From contig JARDVH010000194.1 of the NCBI GenBank assembly GCA_030324005.1, forward strand, positions 5,775,937 through 5,839,936: a stretch of DNA of 64,000 nucleotides, in the 5' to 3' direction. The position numbers and the translations under genes were made by a program. Positions 23,958-37,102 of this stretch are shown here, piece by piece; positions within the stretch are counted from its first letter, which is position 1; each line of letters opens with the position of its first letter. The notes under the pieces are model-generated. The model was given only the letters and a program-made list of their open reading frames with translations. It made no database searches and was not told where the DNA came from. This DNA is from Negaprion brevirostris. Its lineage: Eukaryota.

Positions 23958-26849
23958 CTAAAGAAAGGAAAGTCACCCAGCTTCTTTGGCACCCCGTTAG
24001 CAGCAACGATGATTTTTTTTCCCCAACGCATCAGGATATTGTGATAGATGGATGTATATAAAGAATTACAGGCAAACTGAGAGATGTCTCAGAGAGATGA
24101 TACATGAACATGTATGTTTGTGTTTTATTTCCCTTATTTTTCCATGGAATGTTTGAGTTGGTAGAAAGACCAGCAGTTTTTCCTGTCCCAAATTCCCTTG
24201 GACTGACTCCTTTTCCAGGCCACTTCTGAAGGTATTAAAACGCCAATCATTTTGCTCTCCGTCTGGAGTCACACCCTTGTGAGACCAGGTAGTGATGGCA
24301 GATTTCCTCTATTGGGGAATCTGAGAGATCCCTGTGGTCACTGTTAGTATCTATTCCAGATTTCAGATTCTACCTTCTGCAATGGCCCGATTTATATTCT
24401 TGACTTCACAACATTGTCCTGGGCCTCTGGGTCACTGGATCAACTAAATGAATATTATGTCACAATCTACGCAAACAATAAATGTCTTACTGTGTTGATG
24501 CAGGAATGAATGACATTTGGATGAACGATAGTTTGATGCCTGAATATTTGGAATATATGCCTGGATACATTGATAGATGGCATTGAAATATGCTATTCTA
24601 CATTCCCCTATTTGTACTTGATTATTTCATAATATGGATTAGCTCCTTTATTGCATTTGTGTCAGTCTAACACCTCCAATTCTTCCAGAGTGTCTGGGTG
24701 AAATCCATCCCGAGTTTATTGGGAGTTTGCAAGCTGATCCTCACGAAGAGAAGGAGGAAACATTCCTGCGGCTCGGATGGTTTATTTCTCTGCTGATGCT
24801 GAATCTTCATATCCAATGTAAAAAGAGTGAAGATGATTGGTTTGAGGAGAGATTGTAATATTTGAAACATGTGGCTCTTTGACATACAACACATCACCAA
24901 ACATGCCCTCACCAAATTAGAGAAGGTAACAGGGTGAGAAATAAATAACGTAGCAACAGAAATATTGTGAGACTCACTGGACAACTGCAAGTGTGACATT
25001 ACTTCCCAAAACAGAGTAATAATAAATCAGGATTTAAAGATCCTGTAACTTCACATGCGATACAGCTGGTTTCATTCATATCATTATTTTGAAAATCATC
25101 ACACACTCCAGCTCTGTATCAGGACTTTCTATCTGAGGATGAGGTGATTACATGTTAATGAAGTGCAGGGGCTGCTGGGTAGCTGTTCATTATCCTCGGG
25201 CTGAATTAATTCCATTCCCCGCTGAATTCTGGGACAGGTTTTATTCCTTGGTCACAAAAAGGTCAATAAATGTTAATATCAATAAATCATTCGAACCAAA
25301 TTGCAATTGTATGATGTAGAGAATGAAATACTGAAAACAAACTGAAAATGCTGCAAAATCTCAGCAGGTCTGACAACATCTGTGCAGACAGAATAGAACC
25401 AACGTCTCCAGTCTGGAAGACGCTCCGGCAGAGTATTCCTGATGCGATCTAGAGATCGCCATTGTTTTTGACAAGGTGTCAGAGAAGCTGCATAACTTTC
25501 CTGTGAGATGGGAATAGTTTAAGTAGTTTACTGTTTGATGATATACACTATTTCGAGCCAGACACAACTTCCATCCATTCATATACTGATCCCAAATGTC
25601 ATCATCAATTTCTCCATCCTAACTAACCAAATCAAACCTTAATCACTAACTATAACTTTAAACAAAAACTTCATAATCCTTATCCATCCTCATCATTTCC
25701 CAATTTAACCATCTTCTTCAAATTTCTCCAAATATAAAAAGAAGGTTTTCCTGACTCAAAACGTTGGCTTTATTCTCTCTCCACAGGTACTGTCAGACCT
25801 GTTGAGATTTTTTCAGAATTTATGGCTTTTGTTTCCGTCTCCAGAATCCGCAGTATTTTGTTTTTTTTCCCAAAGTGTTGGATATAATTGGTGAAATAAT
25901 TGTTTATCTGTATTAATTGATGATGATCGGTGGAATGGAACAACCCTGCCTGAAAATTGCGCTCCAAGACTCTCATCAACCTGATTTGAACATATATTAC
26001 CATTCCTATATAGTCGCTGGGTCGGAATCCATGAGCACCCTCCCTAACAGCGCCATGGGAGTACCTACACTGCAGGTTTTGCAGCGGTTCAAGAAGGCGG
26101 CTCACCACCACTGCAGTTAATGGGAATCAGAGGGAACACAGTTCATTGGCTGGAACACAAAGGAAGATGGTTGTGGTTGTTAATGGTCAATCATCTCAGT
26201 CACAGAGTTTTGCAGGAATTCTTCAGCTTAGTGACACTAGGCTCTGCCTGGATCACATTCCAGGAGGCCCTATCTAAGTTTTCTTTTCTTGCACTCGGCT
26301 CAATTTCAGGTATTCATATATGAGGTAGTGGCCCTGTTAATATTATAATTTCTAAGTTATGATCACAATTAGCCATGTCTCTCCTAATCTGACAAGAGGC
26401 TGCATCTTAATTCTTACTGCCTCACAACATTTGCTACTGTATACTAAACTGGTACTACAGTCTTCTTCGTTACACATGGCTCTGCCACAGTTACTATGCT
26501 AATAGTTCATTAGTCATGGCTAAGTCAAGTCGAAGTTAACGCTGCACAATCAACGTGTTTGATTATTTAAGACTACGTCATATCTCAATTTTATTGAACT
26601 TCTCTTTGCTGCATTGTCCGAGCCTCAGTGTGTATCCGTCTCGGTCCTGTATCAACAATTATTACGAACAAAGTAGGCTCTGTCTTAGTTTATATCAGTC
26701 AGGGTTCTGTGTCAGTAGTTATCACTAACACTCTGGACTCTGTTTCAGATTAAACATGTCTCAATCCTGTACCAGTCATTATTGCTAATGCACTTGGCTC
26801 CATCTCAGCTCATATAAATCTCGGTCCAGTATCATTAATTAGTTGACAA

Positions 26850-29800
26850 TGTCACACAAGCACCTACATCAGTAAAACTGCAGAACACACTGTTTCAGTT
26901 TTCTTTTCCTTGACAATGTTTTTTTTAAAATGTTTCTTTCATGGGATGTGGGTGTCATTGGAATCTGGCATTTGACCACCCCCACATGGCACTCGGCACT
27001 AACTCATTTCTATTTTGTTGGATCAGGCCCCTGTTTATATTAAAATACAGTCTGGCTCTGTTAGTACTCTGCTAGATCAGAACTCAGTTTACATTGCACG
27101 AGGCATTCTCTCTGGATATGTAATGTTCGATACTGACCCTGTATATATTTCAGTAGAATGTGTCAGTGTTATTCCTGCACTTAAGTAAACCTCTATTTGA
27201 ATTATGTCTGTGTTAATACACCATTCTTCGAGAGAAGAGATAATATGTGGGGATAAAAATATTGCTATCAGGCTGGATCCAGAAACAGACAGTATTGGGG
27301 CGACAGTATTTGGTTGGTGCAGTCTTGGAGGGCCGAAGGGCCTTTTCTTGCGCTGTAATTGTCTTTGATTTTTCTTCTTTGTTGACAGTGCATTCTACAC
27401 AGGAATTGGTATCCATTTTGAATGCAGTCAGCAGAAGTAGATTTCAGATATCGCTTCTTCTTTTCCAAAACCCAAAATCTCATAGAGTTTGCAGTTGCAG
27501 AAGGATGCAGAGAATTGTGTTCTTCCAGCCAGTTTTATCATTACTGGCCTTGACCAGTGCTATAAAAACTGAGACCATGTCTAATGCAATATATACATGG
27601 ACACGGTCAATTTCAGAAGCAAGAATGCATCTAGTTTGATACAAACCGAGAAATATCTCAATTAACATAAACAGAGACAACGTCTCGCTTTATATAAAGA
27701 GCAAAATTACGGACAACATAAACAGGGACAACGTCTAACTTAGTACAAACAGATAAAAGGTTCAGTCTAATATGAGTAGAGACAGGCAATATAAACTTTG
27801 ACGTGCAATATAAAATGATTTAGGCTCTAGAGAAAAATAAAGAAATACGTAGCCTCATAATATAAGCTGACACAGGGTAAATTTGCTGTAATATAAAGAG
27901 ACAAATTTAATCCCCATGAAATTTTCAGAGATGGCGACTGCACCATCATAAACTTGCAGGGCAGGAGTAACATAGGCTTAGCTGCAGAATGCAAAATTCC
28001 CTCTGCATTGCCAAATTAAATACTCCCAAGTCAGGAATAGCATGAATCAGTACAAACTGAATCTCCCTCTACACTATTCAAATCAAACATTCCCGGAACA
28101 GTATCGTGTATAGAAACAGAGTGAGCCTCCTTGTACAAAGTCTGCTGAAACAAAATGAAGGCAGAAAGAGGAAGGACTCTCTTCGACGTAAAAATCTCCT
28201 GTACTCTTCCTTTAGAGATTGGGGAGGCAGATGCTAGGTACAGGGAAAAACCGGCTACACACTTCAATAAAACACATCCAGGTCAGGTACAACAGAGACT
28301 AGATACGGATTAAATCTTGATATTGACAAAATCAGATCAAACATTCAAAAGACAGCTAGAGTGAGTTTCGATGCAGAGTAAATATTACTCGACACTGTCC
28401 TGTCAAACACTCCAAGGACAGGGACAACACCGACTAAAACTAGGGAAAGATCCCTTGGTGCTGACACATCGAATTCTTATCACCAGTTACAGCCGAGGTT
28501 AGATGCAAAAGAAAATGTAGCAAGCATTTCAAGAAAATGGAGTGTTCAAGAGATCTTTTAGAGTAAATCTCACTGCCAGATTCAAATTAATTTAATTACA
28601 TATTTTCGAAGCCTGTAACTCTGGCTGAGAGAATACATTGGACAGATATTGACTTTATCTGTGGAGTGAAGACGATGAACCATCGTGNNNNNNNNNNNNN
28701 NNNNNNNNNNNNNNNNNNNNNNNNNNNNNNNNNNNNNNNNNNNNNNNNNNNNNNNNNNNNNNNNNNNNNNNNNNNNNNNNNNNNNNNAGTATTTTGCTTT
28801 TATCAAACTGATGAACATAATTGGTGAACTAATTGTTTATCTGTATGAATTGATGATAACTGGGAAATTGGAACAACCCCGTCTGTGAATTTCTCTCCAA
28901 GACACTCACAAACCTCACTTGGGCCACTCCTTTACTTATGCTGTGTCGGAGTCCAGGAGCACCCTCCCTAAGAGCACTCTCAGTGTACCTACACTGCAGG
29001 TTCTGCAGCAATTGAATAAGGCGGCTCACCACCAGCTTACCAAATGCAATTAGCAATGGGGAATAAATGGGGGCCTTGACAACATCGCCTTCCTATCATA
29101 GAGTAATTTTAAATATACTCCTCTTTATGTATGAATGAGAACTGGTGAATGGAATTATTAAATTGCAAATGGATGGTAATTGGTGAAAATAATTACTGTC
29201 TTACTGAACTTTTTTTGTATTCTCCTTATTCGGTTATGTATCACTAATTACTCAGCACTGTCTCAGTTCATGTCTAAGAAGTTCCTATATCAGTAAAACT
29301 GTGCGAGACACTGCCTCAGTTTTATTTTCCTTGACAATGTTATTTTTAAAAATGTTTCTTTTACGGGATGTGGGTCTCATTGGGATTCGGCATTTGACCA
29401 TCCCCACATGGCCCTCGGCACTAACTCATTACTATTTTCTTTAACCAGGGCCCCTGTTTATATTAAAGTACAGCCTGGCTCTGTTAATACTCTGCTAGAC
29501 CAGAGCTCAGTTTACATTGCACACGACATTCTCTCTGGTTATGAAATATTTGACACTCACCCTGTGGCAATTTTGTTCCTGCACTTAACTATGCCTCTCT
29601 TTGAATTATGGTTGTTTTACTCCATGGTTTTGTGAGAATTAGAGATAATATGTTGGGATAAAAAAGATTGTTATCAGGCAAGATGCAGAAACGGGCAGTA
29701 CTGGATCACCAGTATTTTATTGTGCTGTAATTTTCTTTGATTTTTTTTGTTCTTCATTGACAGTACATGCTACACAGGACTTGATGTCTACTTTCACTGC

Positions 29801-31060
29801 AGCCAGCAGAAGTAGATTTCAGATTTCTTTCCCACTGTCCAGAACCTCATACGGTTTGCACTTGCAGAAGGATGCAGAGAATTGTGTATCTCCCAACCAC
29901 TTACATCATTACTGACATTGAACAGTGCAGTAAAAACTGAGACTATGTCCAATGCAATATAAACGTGGACACGGACAATTGCAGAGATAAGACTGCATTC
30001 AGTTTGATGCGAACAGAGAGAGATCTAAACTAATTGAAACAGAATTAACGCCCAGTTAAACTTAAACAGAAACATGGTGGCATATAATATAAGCAAGGAC
30101 AGCGTCTAATTTAGGACAGACAGATATTGTATCCAATTTACTATGTGCAGAGACAGACAACATAAAATTCTACCTGCAAGATAGAAAGAGTTAGGGTCTC
30201 GTGGAAAATAAACAAAGACATGGCTCATAATACAAAGTGACACAGGGTAAATTTACTGTCATATGAAAAGACTGGTTCAATCCCCATGAAATTTGTAATG
30301 ACGGCCGACAGTCCCATCAAAATCTTACAGGACAGGAGTAACATGGGGTGAGCTGCAGAATGCAAAGCCCCCTCTGTACTGGGAAATTAATAACTCCCAA
30401 AGCTGGAATAGCATGAGTTAGACGCAAAGTGAATCTCCCTCGAAACTATCCAATTCAAACATTCTCACAACAGTATGCTTTCTATAAACAGAGTGAAATC
30501 CCGTCTACAAATCTGTTCAAGCAAAATTAAGGCAGAAAGAGCATGGTCTCTGTTCTATGTAAAAACTCTCCTGAGCTCTTCCTTCAGAGATCCAGGAGGC
30601 AGGTTTAAATTAGCGTTAGGTATAGAGGAAAGAGCCGTCTACACAGTTCCACAAAACACAACCAGGCCAGATACAGCAGAGATTAGATACGGATTAAATC
30701 TTCCTTGACAAAGATATATCAAACATTCATAAGCCAGGGGCAATGAGTTTAGACGCAGAGTAAATATTCTTCTACTCTGTCCAGTCAAATACTCCAAGGA
30801 CAGGGTCAACACCGGATAAACATAGGGAAAGATTCCACATTGAATCCTTCTCACCAGGTGTAACCGAGGTTAGATGCTGAAGCAAATATATCAAGCATTT
30901 CAAGATCATTGATTTCTCAAGAGATCTTTTAGAGTAAATCTCAGTCATGGATTCCAATTTATTGAATTATATTCTTTCAGAAACCTGTAACTGTGGCTGA
31001 GAGAACACATTGGACAGACATTGACTTTATGCTGTGGAGTGAAGGCGATGAACCATGAAC
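26850..31060 (+). repeat. Two diverged copies of a ~1.8-kb unit (about 26850-28687 and 29280-31060), separated by a gap
   Basis: Collinear blocks from CAGTAAAACTG...CAGTTTT to GGAGTGAAG.CGATGAACCAT. Each includes a degenerate satellite-like repeat (CAGAGTAAAT.TT..C..CACTGTCC..TCAAACACTCC). Confidence 0.88.
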
Positions 31061-31799
31061 AAGACACAGAACCAGACAGGAGAAAGACGGAGAAAGAGAT
31101 GAAACACAGGAGAAGTTCTGTGTTTTCTGTGTCATTACATTTCGGGATCAGAGGGATTATTTCCTAATTCAGAGCATAGATATCTTCATGATGTTTATGT
31201 TTCCTCACGTAACTGATGGATAAATAATGCTGAAAAACAACCATTACTGGAATCCGTTGATTGATTTGCATGGTTGTCTCTACTTCTGTGCTGTGTTGGT
31301 GGGGAAATATTTGTTGTGTTTTTGTTTGTCAACAATCTAATTTGGAGTTTCTATTTTTGTATTTATTTACATAAATACCTTACTGCTTACAATCAAAAGT
31401 TCATGGCAGAAAAACCAGATAAACCGTCACTTATTGATCAGTTTCAACTCAAAATAGCGATTTATTTTAAGAATATTAACAGTTGGTTCAAAATGAACAG
31501 CAATTTTTTTTGAACATTCATAACACCAGTTGTATTTAATTAAAAAGAAAATGATACATTCCATTTCACAATTAGTTCTCAAAGTTCTGAAGTCACAATT
31601 AAGGAAATATCTGTGAACAGGCAGATATTCCACTGAATGTTAATTTGATTGAGGAATTGATCTGTTTAAACTTGACAAATTCATCCTTTTAAAAAAAATC
31701 TGATGTCTCAATATCCCTGTCACAAATACTGATCACACTCACACGACAGAAGGATAAAAAAAATCAAATATGGTTATCACTAAGAGATACAATTATTTT

Positions 31800-32262
31800 T
31801 GCTGTCTCACAGACGACAGGGAACGGGTTCGATCCAACCCTGGGTGAATGTGAGTGGTTTTCACCTTCTACCCATGTCAATGTGAGTTCCCTCCGAGTGC
31901 TCCAGTTTCCTTCCACAGTCCCAAGATGTGCAGATTAGGTGGATTGGCTATGATAAGTTGCCCCTTAGCGTCCAATGATGTGCAACGTAGAATCACGGAA
32001 TCCCTCCAGTGCAGAAGGAGACCATTCTGTTCATCAAGTCTGCACCAGCTATCCATCAGAGCATCCTTCACAAGGTGGAATGTCTATGTTATATTTCCTG
32101 TTAGTGTCCAGCGATGTGTAGGTTCGGGGGATTAGCCTGTGAATATGTGTCGTTGTCGGGATAGGGTGAAGGCTGGACCCTGGTCGGGTGCTCTGCTGGA
32201 GAGCCGCTGCAGACTTTTTGGACAGAATGGCCTCCATTTGAACTGTAGGGATTCTATGATTT
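31800..32262 (+). mobile_element. SINE remnants (HE1-like, composite)
   Basis: CCACAGTCCCAAGATGTGCAGATTAGGTGGATTGGC core and GGGATTCTATGATT tail. Confidence 0.7.
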
Positions 32263-32780
32263 GATGCGGCTATGATCAGGCAGAAGAATGAATATATCCG
32301 CAATAATCTCAGCACTTCCAAAGAATTACAACTTTCATTTTGGTGGAACTTGCATTTATAGAACATTTTACCCGACCTCATGCCGTCCCAACGTTCTTAC
32401 AGCTCACTTTGCTGAGTTTAGTCACTGCTATAATGTTCGAAACAGAGTAAGTAATTTACGCTTAACTTGCTCTAACAAACCGAGATATAATAAATGACCG
32501 TAACTTTGCGATTTTATATGAAAAATGAGGATTAGTGTCGGATATTTGGCGTAACAGCCTTGCTCTTTGTGGTTATATCAAGAGATTTTGCTTTCTGGCA
32601 TCGAACTTAAATGTGAATCTGCTTCTCTCTCTGCTGATGCCCATTGAGCTGCTGAGTAGCGTTTTTATTGTGTAGATTTCNNNNNNNNNNNNNNNNNNNN
32701 NNNNNNNNNNNNNNNNNNNNNNNNNNNNNNNNNNNNNNNNNNNNNNNNNNNNNNNNNNNNNNNNNNNNNNNNNNNNNNNN

Positions 32781-33019
32781 TTGGAATGTTCCAACAATGG
32801 ATCAGAATCTGGGAATACTGGATTGGAATGTTCCAACAATGGATCAGAATCTGGGAACAATGGATGGGAATGTTTCAATTGAGGACAGGAGTTTATTCTA
32901 TTGGATTTCTGAGTTTACGGCAGATGATTGGTGGATGACACCAGTTTATCGGATTCGATATCTACTGTACGTGATCCAATGCTTTTACTATCCCCTCCTG
33001 GCTATTGTTGGTGTTCCGG
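32781..33019 (+). CDS. GPR139/GPR142-like orphan GPCR gene A, exon 1 (5' end runs into the gap; first visible ATG at 32797)
   Basis: WNVPTMDQNLGILDWNVPTMDQNLGTMDGNVSI...YVIQCFYYPLLAIVGVP followed by a phase-1 donor G|GTAAGT at 33020, in frame with exon 2. Confidence 0.88.
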
Positions 33020-33988
33020 GTAAGTCTCTGGCTGGGATTTCACTGACCCGGCTGCCGCGGGAATTGGAGCAGGTGAGGGGTGGGGCATGGGAAGGTCTGT
33101 TGAACACGGATGGGATTTTGCAGCTTCGGGAAGAGTGAGGCTGTAAAGTCCCGTCTCCTGTGTTCAGTTGTGAATGTTAGAAAGGCTGTATTGATTTTCT
33201 TGTCATTTACTGTACTGGGTTTGTTGCTCTTGTTTCTGTGGAATCTCTGTATCCATTTATTATTTATTTTAGCCACTGACATATGTCTCAGGGCCTTTGG
33301 GCTAGGTTATCTTCTGTGTGCTGTGACTTTCCGTAAACATGTGAAATTAAAAACTATTCCTTTGTAAGTAAAAGATTGAGACAGAATTCCTTTTGCCCAC
33401 TACATATAACACCAGTTCACTTCTAATTGCTCACCCAGTCAGCAGAACGCAGAATCCATTTTATTGGTCATGTGTGCACAGCAAGATCTCACAGAGAACA
33501 TGTTTTGTAAAGTTTATTCATTACTGCCACAAATATGAGAACATTAACACTGCAATGAAGTAACTGTGAAATTCCCAAATTACCATACTCCGGCGTCCGT
33601 ACACTGACTGAGAATATATAATGGTCAATGCACCTAACCTGCACAACTTTCAGAGTGCAGGAAGAGACAGCAGCACCAGGAGGGAACCCAGGCAGACACT
33701 GCCTCCTGCCAATTAGCAAATTTTGAATGTAATTTACCAACTTAGCCTGGTTCCAATCTGAAATCACTTCCGCGTTCAATCTCCCGTGCAGAATTTGTCA
33801 AAAACTTTTCAGAAGTCCATGTAGACTGCAAGGGCTGCACTTCCCTCATCTATTCATCCAGTCACCTCCGGAATATATTCCAGCAAATTGTTAGACATTA
33901 TCACCCCGGATAAAACAATGCTGACTATTGTTCATAAATCTTTCCCTCTCAAATTGGAGGTTAATGGTCCTTCAGATTGTCTTCCAAT

Positions 33989-34378
33989 CATGTCCCTGTG
34001 AGACAGCAGTGCTAACCACTGTACCACCATATCCCTGTGAGGCAGCAGTGCTAACCACTGTGCCACCATGTCCCTGAGAGACAGCAGTGCTAACCATTGT
34101 GCCACCATGTCCCTGAGAGACAGCAGTTCTAACCACTGTGCCACCATGTCCCTGAGAGACAGCAGTGCTAACCACTGTGCCACCATGTCCCTGAGAGACA
34201 GCAGTGCTAACCACTGTGCCACCATGTCACTGTGAGGCAGCAGTGCTAACCACTGTACCACCATGTCCCTGTGAGACAGCAGTGCTAACCACTGTGCCAC
34301 CATGTCCCTGTGAGACAGCAGTGCTAACCACTGTACCACCATGTCCCTGTGAGGCAGCAGTGCTAACCACTGTACCAC
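33989..34378 (-). repeat. Ten tandem copies of a 39-bp unit derived from a SINE head
   Basis: Minus-strand unit GTGG(T/C)ACAGTGGTTAGCACTGCTG(T/C)CTC(A/T)CAGGGACATG. Confidence 0.95.
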
Positions 34379-34861
34379 CATGCTGCTCACTCAAGAACAG
34401 CTTCTTCTCTGCTGCCATCAGACGTTTGAATGGACTGTCATCGCATTAAGATGATCTTTTATTACACACTCACTATGACTGCAATATTACTTTCTGCACT
34501 CTCTCCTTCTCTGTGTACAAGATTGCAGTGTTACAGTTTTCACTGCAGGGCCAGGGAGATGGTGTCTGGGGATCTTTTGCAGATGTAGGTGAACTGTAGT
34601 GTGTCCAGGCAATCTGAGAGGCTGGAATTGATTTGTACCATTGCTAACCTTTTGATGCATTTCTTAACATTGGATATGCAGTGAAAAGTGTTGTTGCTTG
34701 AGTGCCATAGAGACAAAGAATATTGTACATAGAGAAGGAGAGAGTGCAGAATGTAATATTGCAGTCATAGCTAGGTTGTAGGAAAAGATCATCTTAATGC
34801 AATACATGTCCATTAAAACATGTGATGGCAGCAGGGAAGAAGCCGTCCTTGAGTTGGCAAC

Positions 34862-35192
34862 ATGGTGGCATGATGGTTGGCACTGCTGTCTCACAGGGAC
34901 CTGAGTTTGATTGGTGGCTTGGGTCACTGTCAATGTGGAATTTGCACATTCTACGCATGTCTGCCTGGGTTTGTTCCGGATGCTCTCGTTTTCACCCACA
35001 GTCCAAAATGTGCTGTTTAGAATGATTGGCCATATTAACTGCCCATTATCGTTCTGGGATATGTACCTTTGGGGGATTAGCAGGGTAAATATGTGGGGCT
35101 TCGGGGATAGGGCCTGGGTGGGATTGTTTTCGGTGGAGACTCAATGCGTCAAATGGCCCCTGTCTGCACTTAGTATTTCTATGATTCTATGA
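34862..35192 (+). mobile_element. SINE (HE1-like) in the gene A intron
   Basis: Head, CCCACAGTCCAAAA core and TTCTATGATTCTATGA tail. Confidence 0.75.
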
Positions 35193-36240
35193 CTCGGTTC
35201 GTACATGTCCTCACACATATGTTTTTTTATCTTTTTGTCTAATGGAACAAGTGGGAAGAGTTAATGTCCGTGGTGTGCTTTACCTTAATTAGCCTGGTTG
35301 TTTTTGCCAAGCAATGGTAAATTTAGATAGAATCAATGAGTGGGAGGTTGTTTTGAGTGATGGACTGGTCTGCATTCACCAAGCGTTGAAGTTTTTTGCA
35401 GTCTTGGACAGATTAGGAGCCATGCCAAGCTAGAATGTTTTTTTCTTAAGATGCACCTGTAAAAGTTGGTGAGAGTCGCAGCTGACATGCCAAATGATCA
35501 TAAACCGCTGAGAAAATAGGGGTGTTTGTAGTCTTTTTTTTAGTTAAAGGGCTAACATGGATGAATCAGTTAAGGTTGTTTGTGACCTCGACCCTGAAAC
35601 TTGAAGCTCTTGATCATTTCAACTTCATTCCATTGATGTAGATAAGGGCCTGTACTCCACTATGCTTCCAAATGTCAATTTGCTTTGTTGATATTGAGGA
35701 AGAGATTGTTGTTGCCCCAGTTCGCCAGATCCTCTGTCTCTTCCTTGTTTTCAGTCTCATCGTTGTTTCAGATCTAACCCACTACAGGGGTCATCAGCAA
35801 ACTTGGAAATCGGGTTGCAGGGGAATTTGGCCACACAGTCACCAGTGTGTAAGGTGTATGGTAAGGGGATAAGGACACAGGCTTACGGGGCTCTGCTGTT
35901 GAGGATGATTGTGAAGGAGATGTTGTTGACGGCCCTTAATTTTGCTGTCTATGGATTGGGAAGTTCAGGATCCAATTGCAGAGGCAGGAGCCAAGCCCCA
36001 GTCCATGGACTTTGGACACGTGTTTCGTTGAACTAATGGTGTTGCAGGCTGAGCTGCATTCATTAGTGGACCTGTCGTGGATGCAGATGACTGTAGTGGA
36101 TCCAGGCAATCTGGGAAATCAGAACTGATTCATGCCATGACTAACCTTTTGATGCATTTCATAATATTGGATATCAGAGTCACCAGTCAATAGTCATTCA
36201 GGCAGGCTGCTTGGCTTATTCTTTGGAACTGGCCTTTGTT
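35193..36240 (-). mobile_element. Degenerate LINE RT fragment in the gene A intron
   Basis: LINE-like blocks (CTTTGTTGATATTGAGGAAGAGATTGTTGT, GGGTCATCAGCAAACTT = KFADD-like on the minus strand). Homologous to about 48750-49800 and 59847-60050. Confidence 0.6.
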
Positions 36241-37102
36241 TGCATTTTTACTTGGTACATAGATTGGCAACTTTCCTGCTGAGAGATGACTCATGGAGCT
36301 GTACTGGTCCAGTAGTCCGAAGTGGGACAGCAGCAGTATGGACAATAGTTATTCACTGAACACTGAAGCTTTCTCCAATTTTTGAAAGTGAACCCTGGTA
36401 CTTGTGTTCTGTGCCAATTGAGTGTCAGATTACAATTTCCTGTGTTGTGCTAACGGTGGCCACAATACTGTGATTTCCTCTCCAGGGTACAGTTCTGTGT
36501 AAAGATAATAGAAATTCTGTGCTGTTGAGGCATCAGGATCTCCCTCTGCCAACTGTTAGTATTGTCCAGAGGCAAGGGTCAAACCAGCACTGTTTGGTAC
36601 GTTCTGTTGCAGGGGTTGTCAGTAATCTGTCTGAGAGACAACAGATTACCACCGACAGGATTCCAGTCTGGATTTTCTATCAGGGTTTACTCCCCCAGCC
36701 TTCTTACCCTCCAAATCCTCCACAAGTTGGACGGACTATTTACTTGTAACTGAGTAAGGGTCAATGTTGTAGACTCCCTGGAAAACTCTCTGTCAAATGT
36801 ATACCACTGTGACACAATGGTTTTCACTGCTGGTTCACAGCATCAGGGATCTGGATTCCCAATTCCAGGCTTGGGTTACTGTCTGTGTGGAGTTCGGACA
36901 TTCTCCGCATGTCTGTGTGGGTTTCCTCCGGATGCTCCCCTTTCCTCTCACACTGCAAAAGTCATGCTGGATCAAGAAGAAACAAGATTTAAGTGATTTT
37001 ATATGTGTACATTCTTTTTTATTTCAACCCATCCTCAGTCTAAATGGTAACTTCTTTTCCTGAATCATGTCTAATTTTATATTTTATTTCTCTTCTTGAC
37101 AG

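Larger units (their letters stand above)
22341..26115 (+). repeat. Segmental duplicate of the IgH 5' flank (about 8934-13700)
   Basis: Collinear homology, e.g. 10440-10700 with 23690-23960 and 12160-12800 with 24680-25290. It lacks the SINE at about 9375-9550 and the CR1 at about 11300-11985. Confidence 0.9.

Noticed and set aside
33932-34449. Repeat-protein ORFs or a CRISPR-like array
   Set aside because: It is a head-to-tail 39-bp SINE-derived repeat with no unique spacers, in a vertebrate intron.
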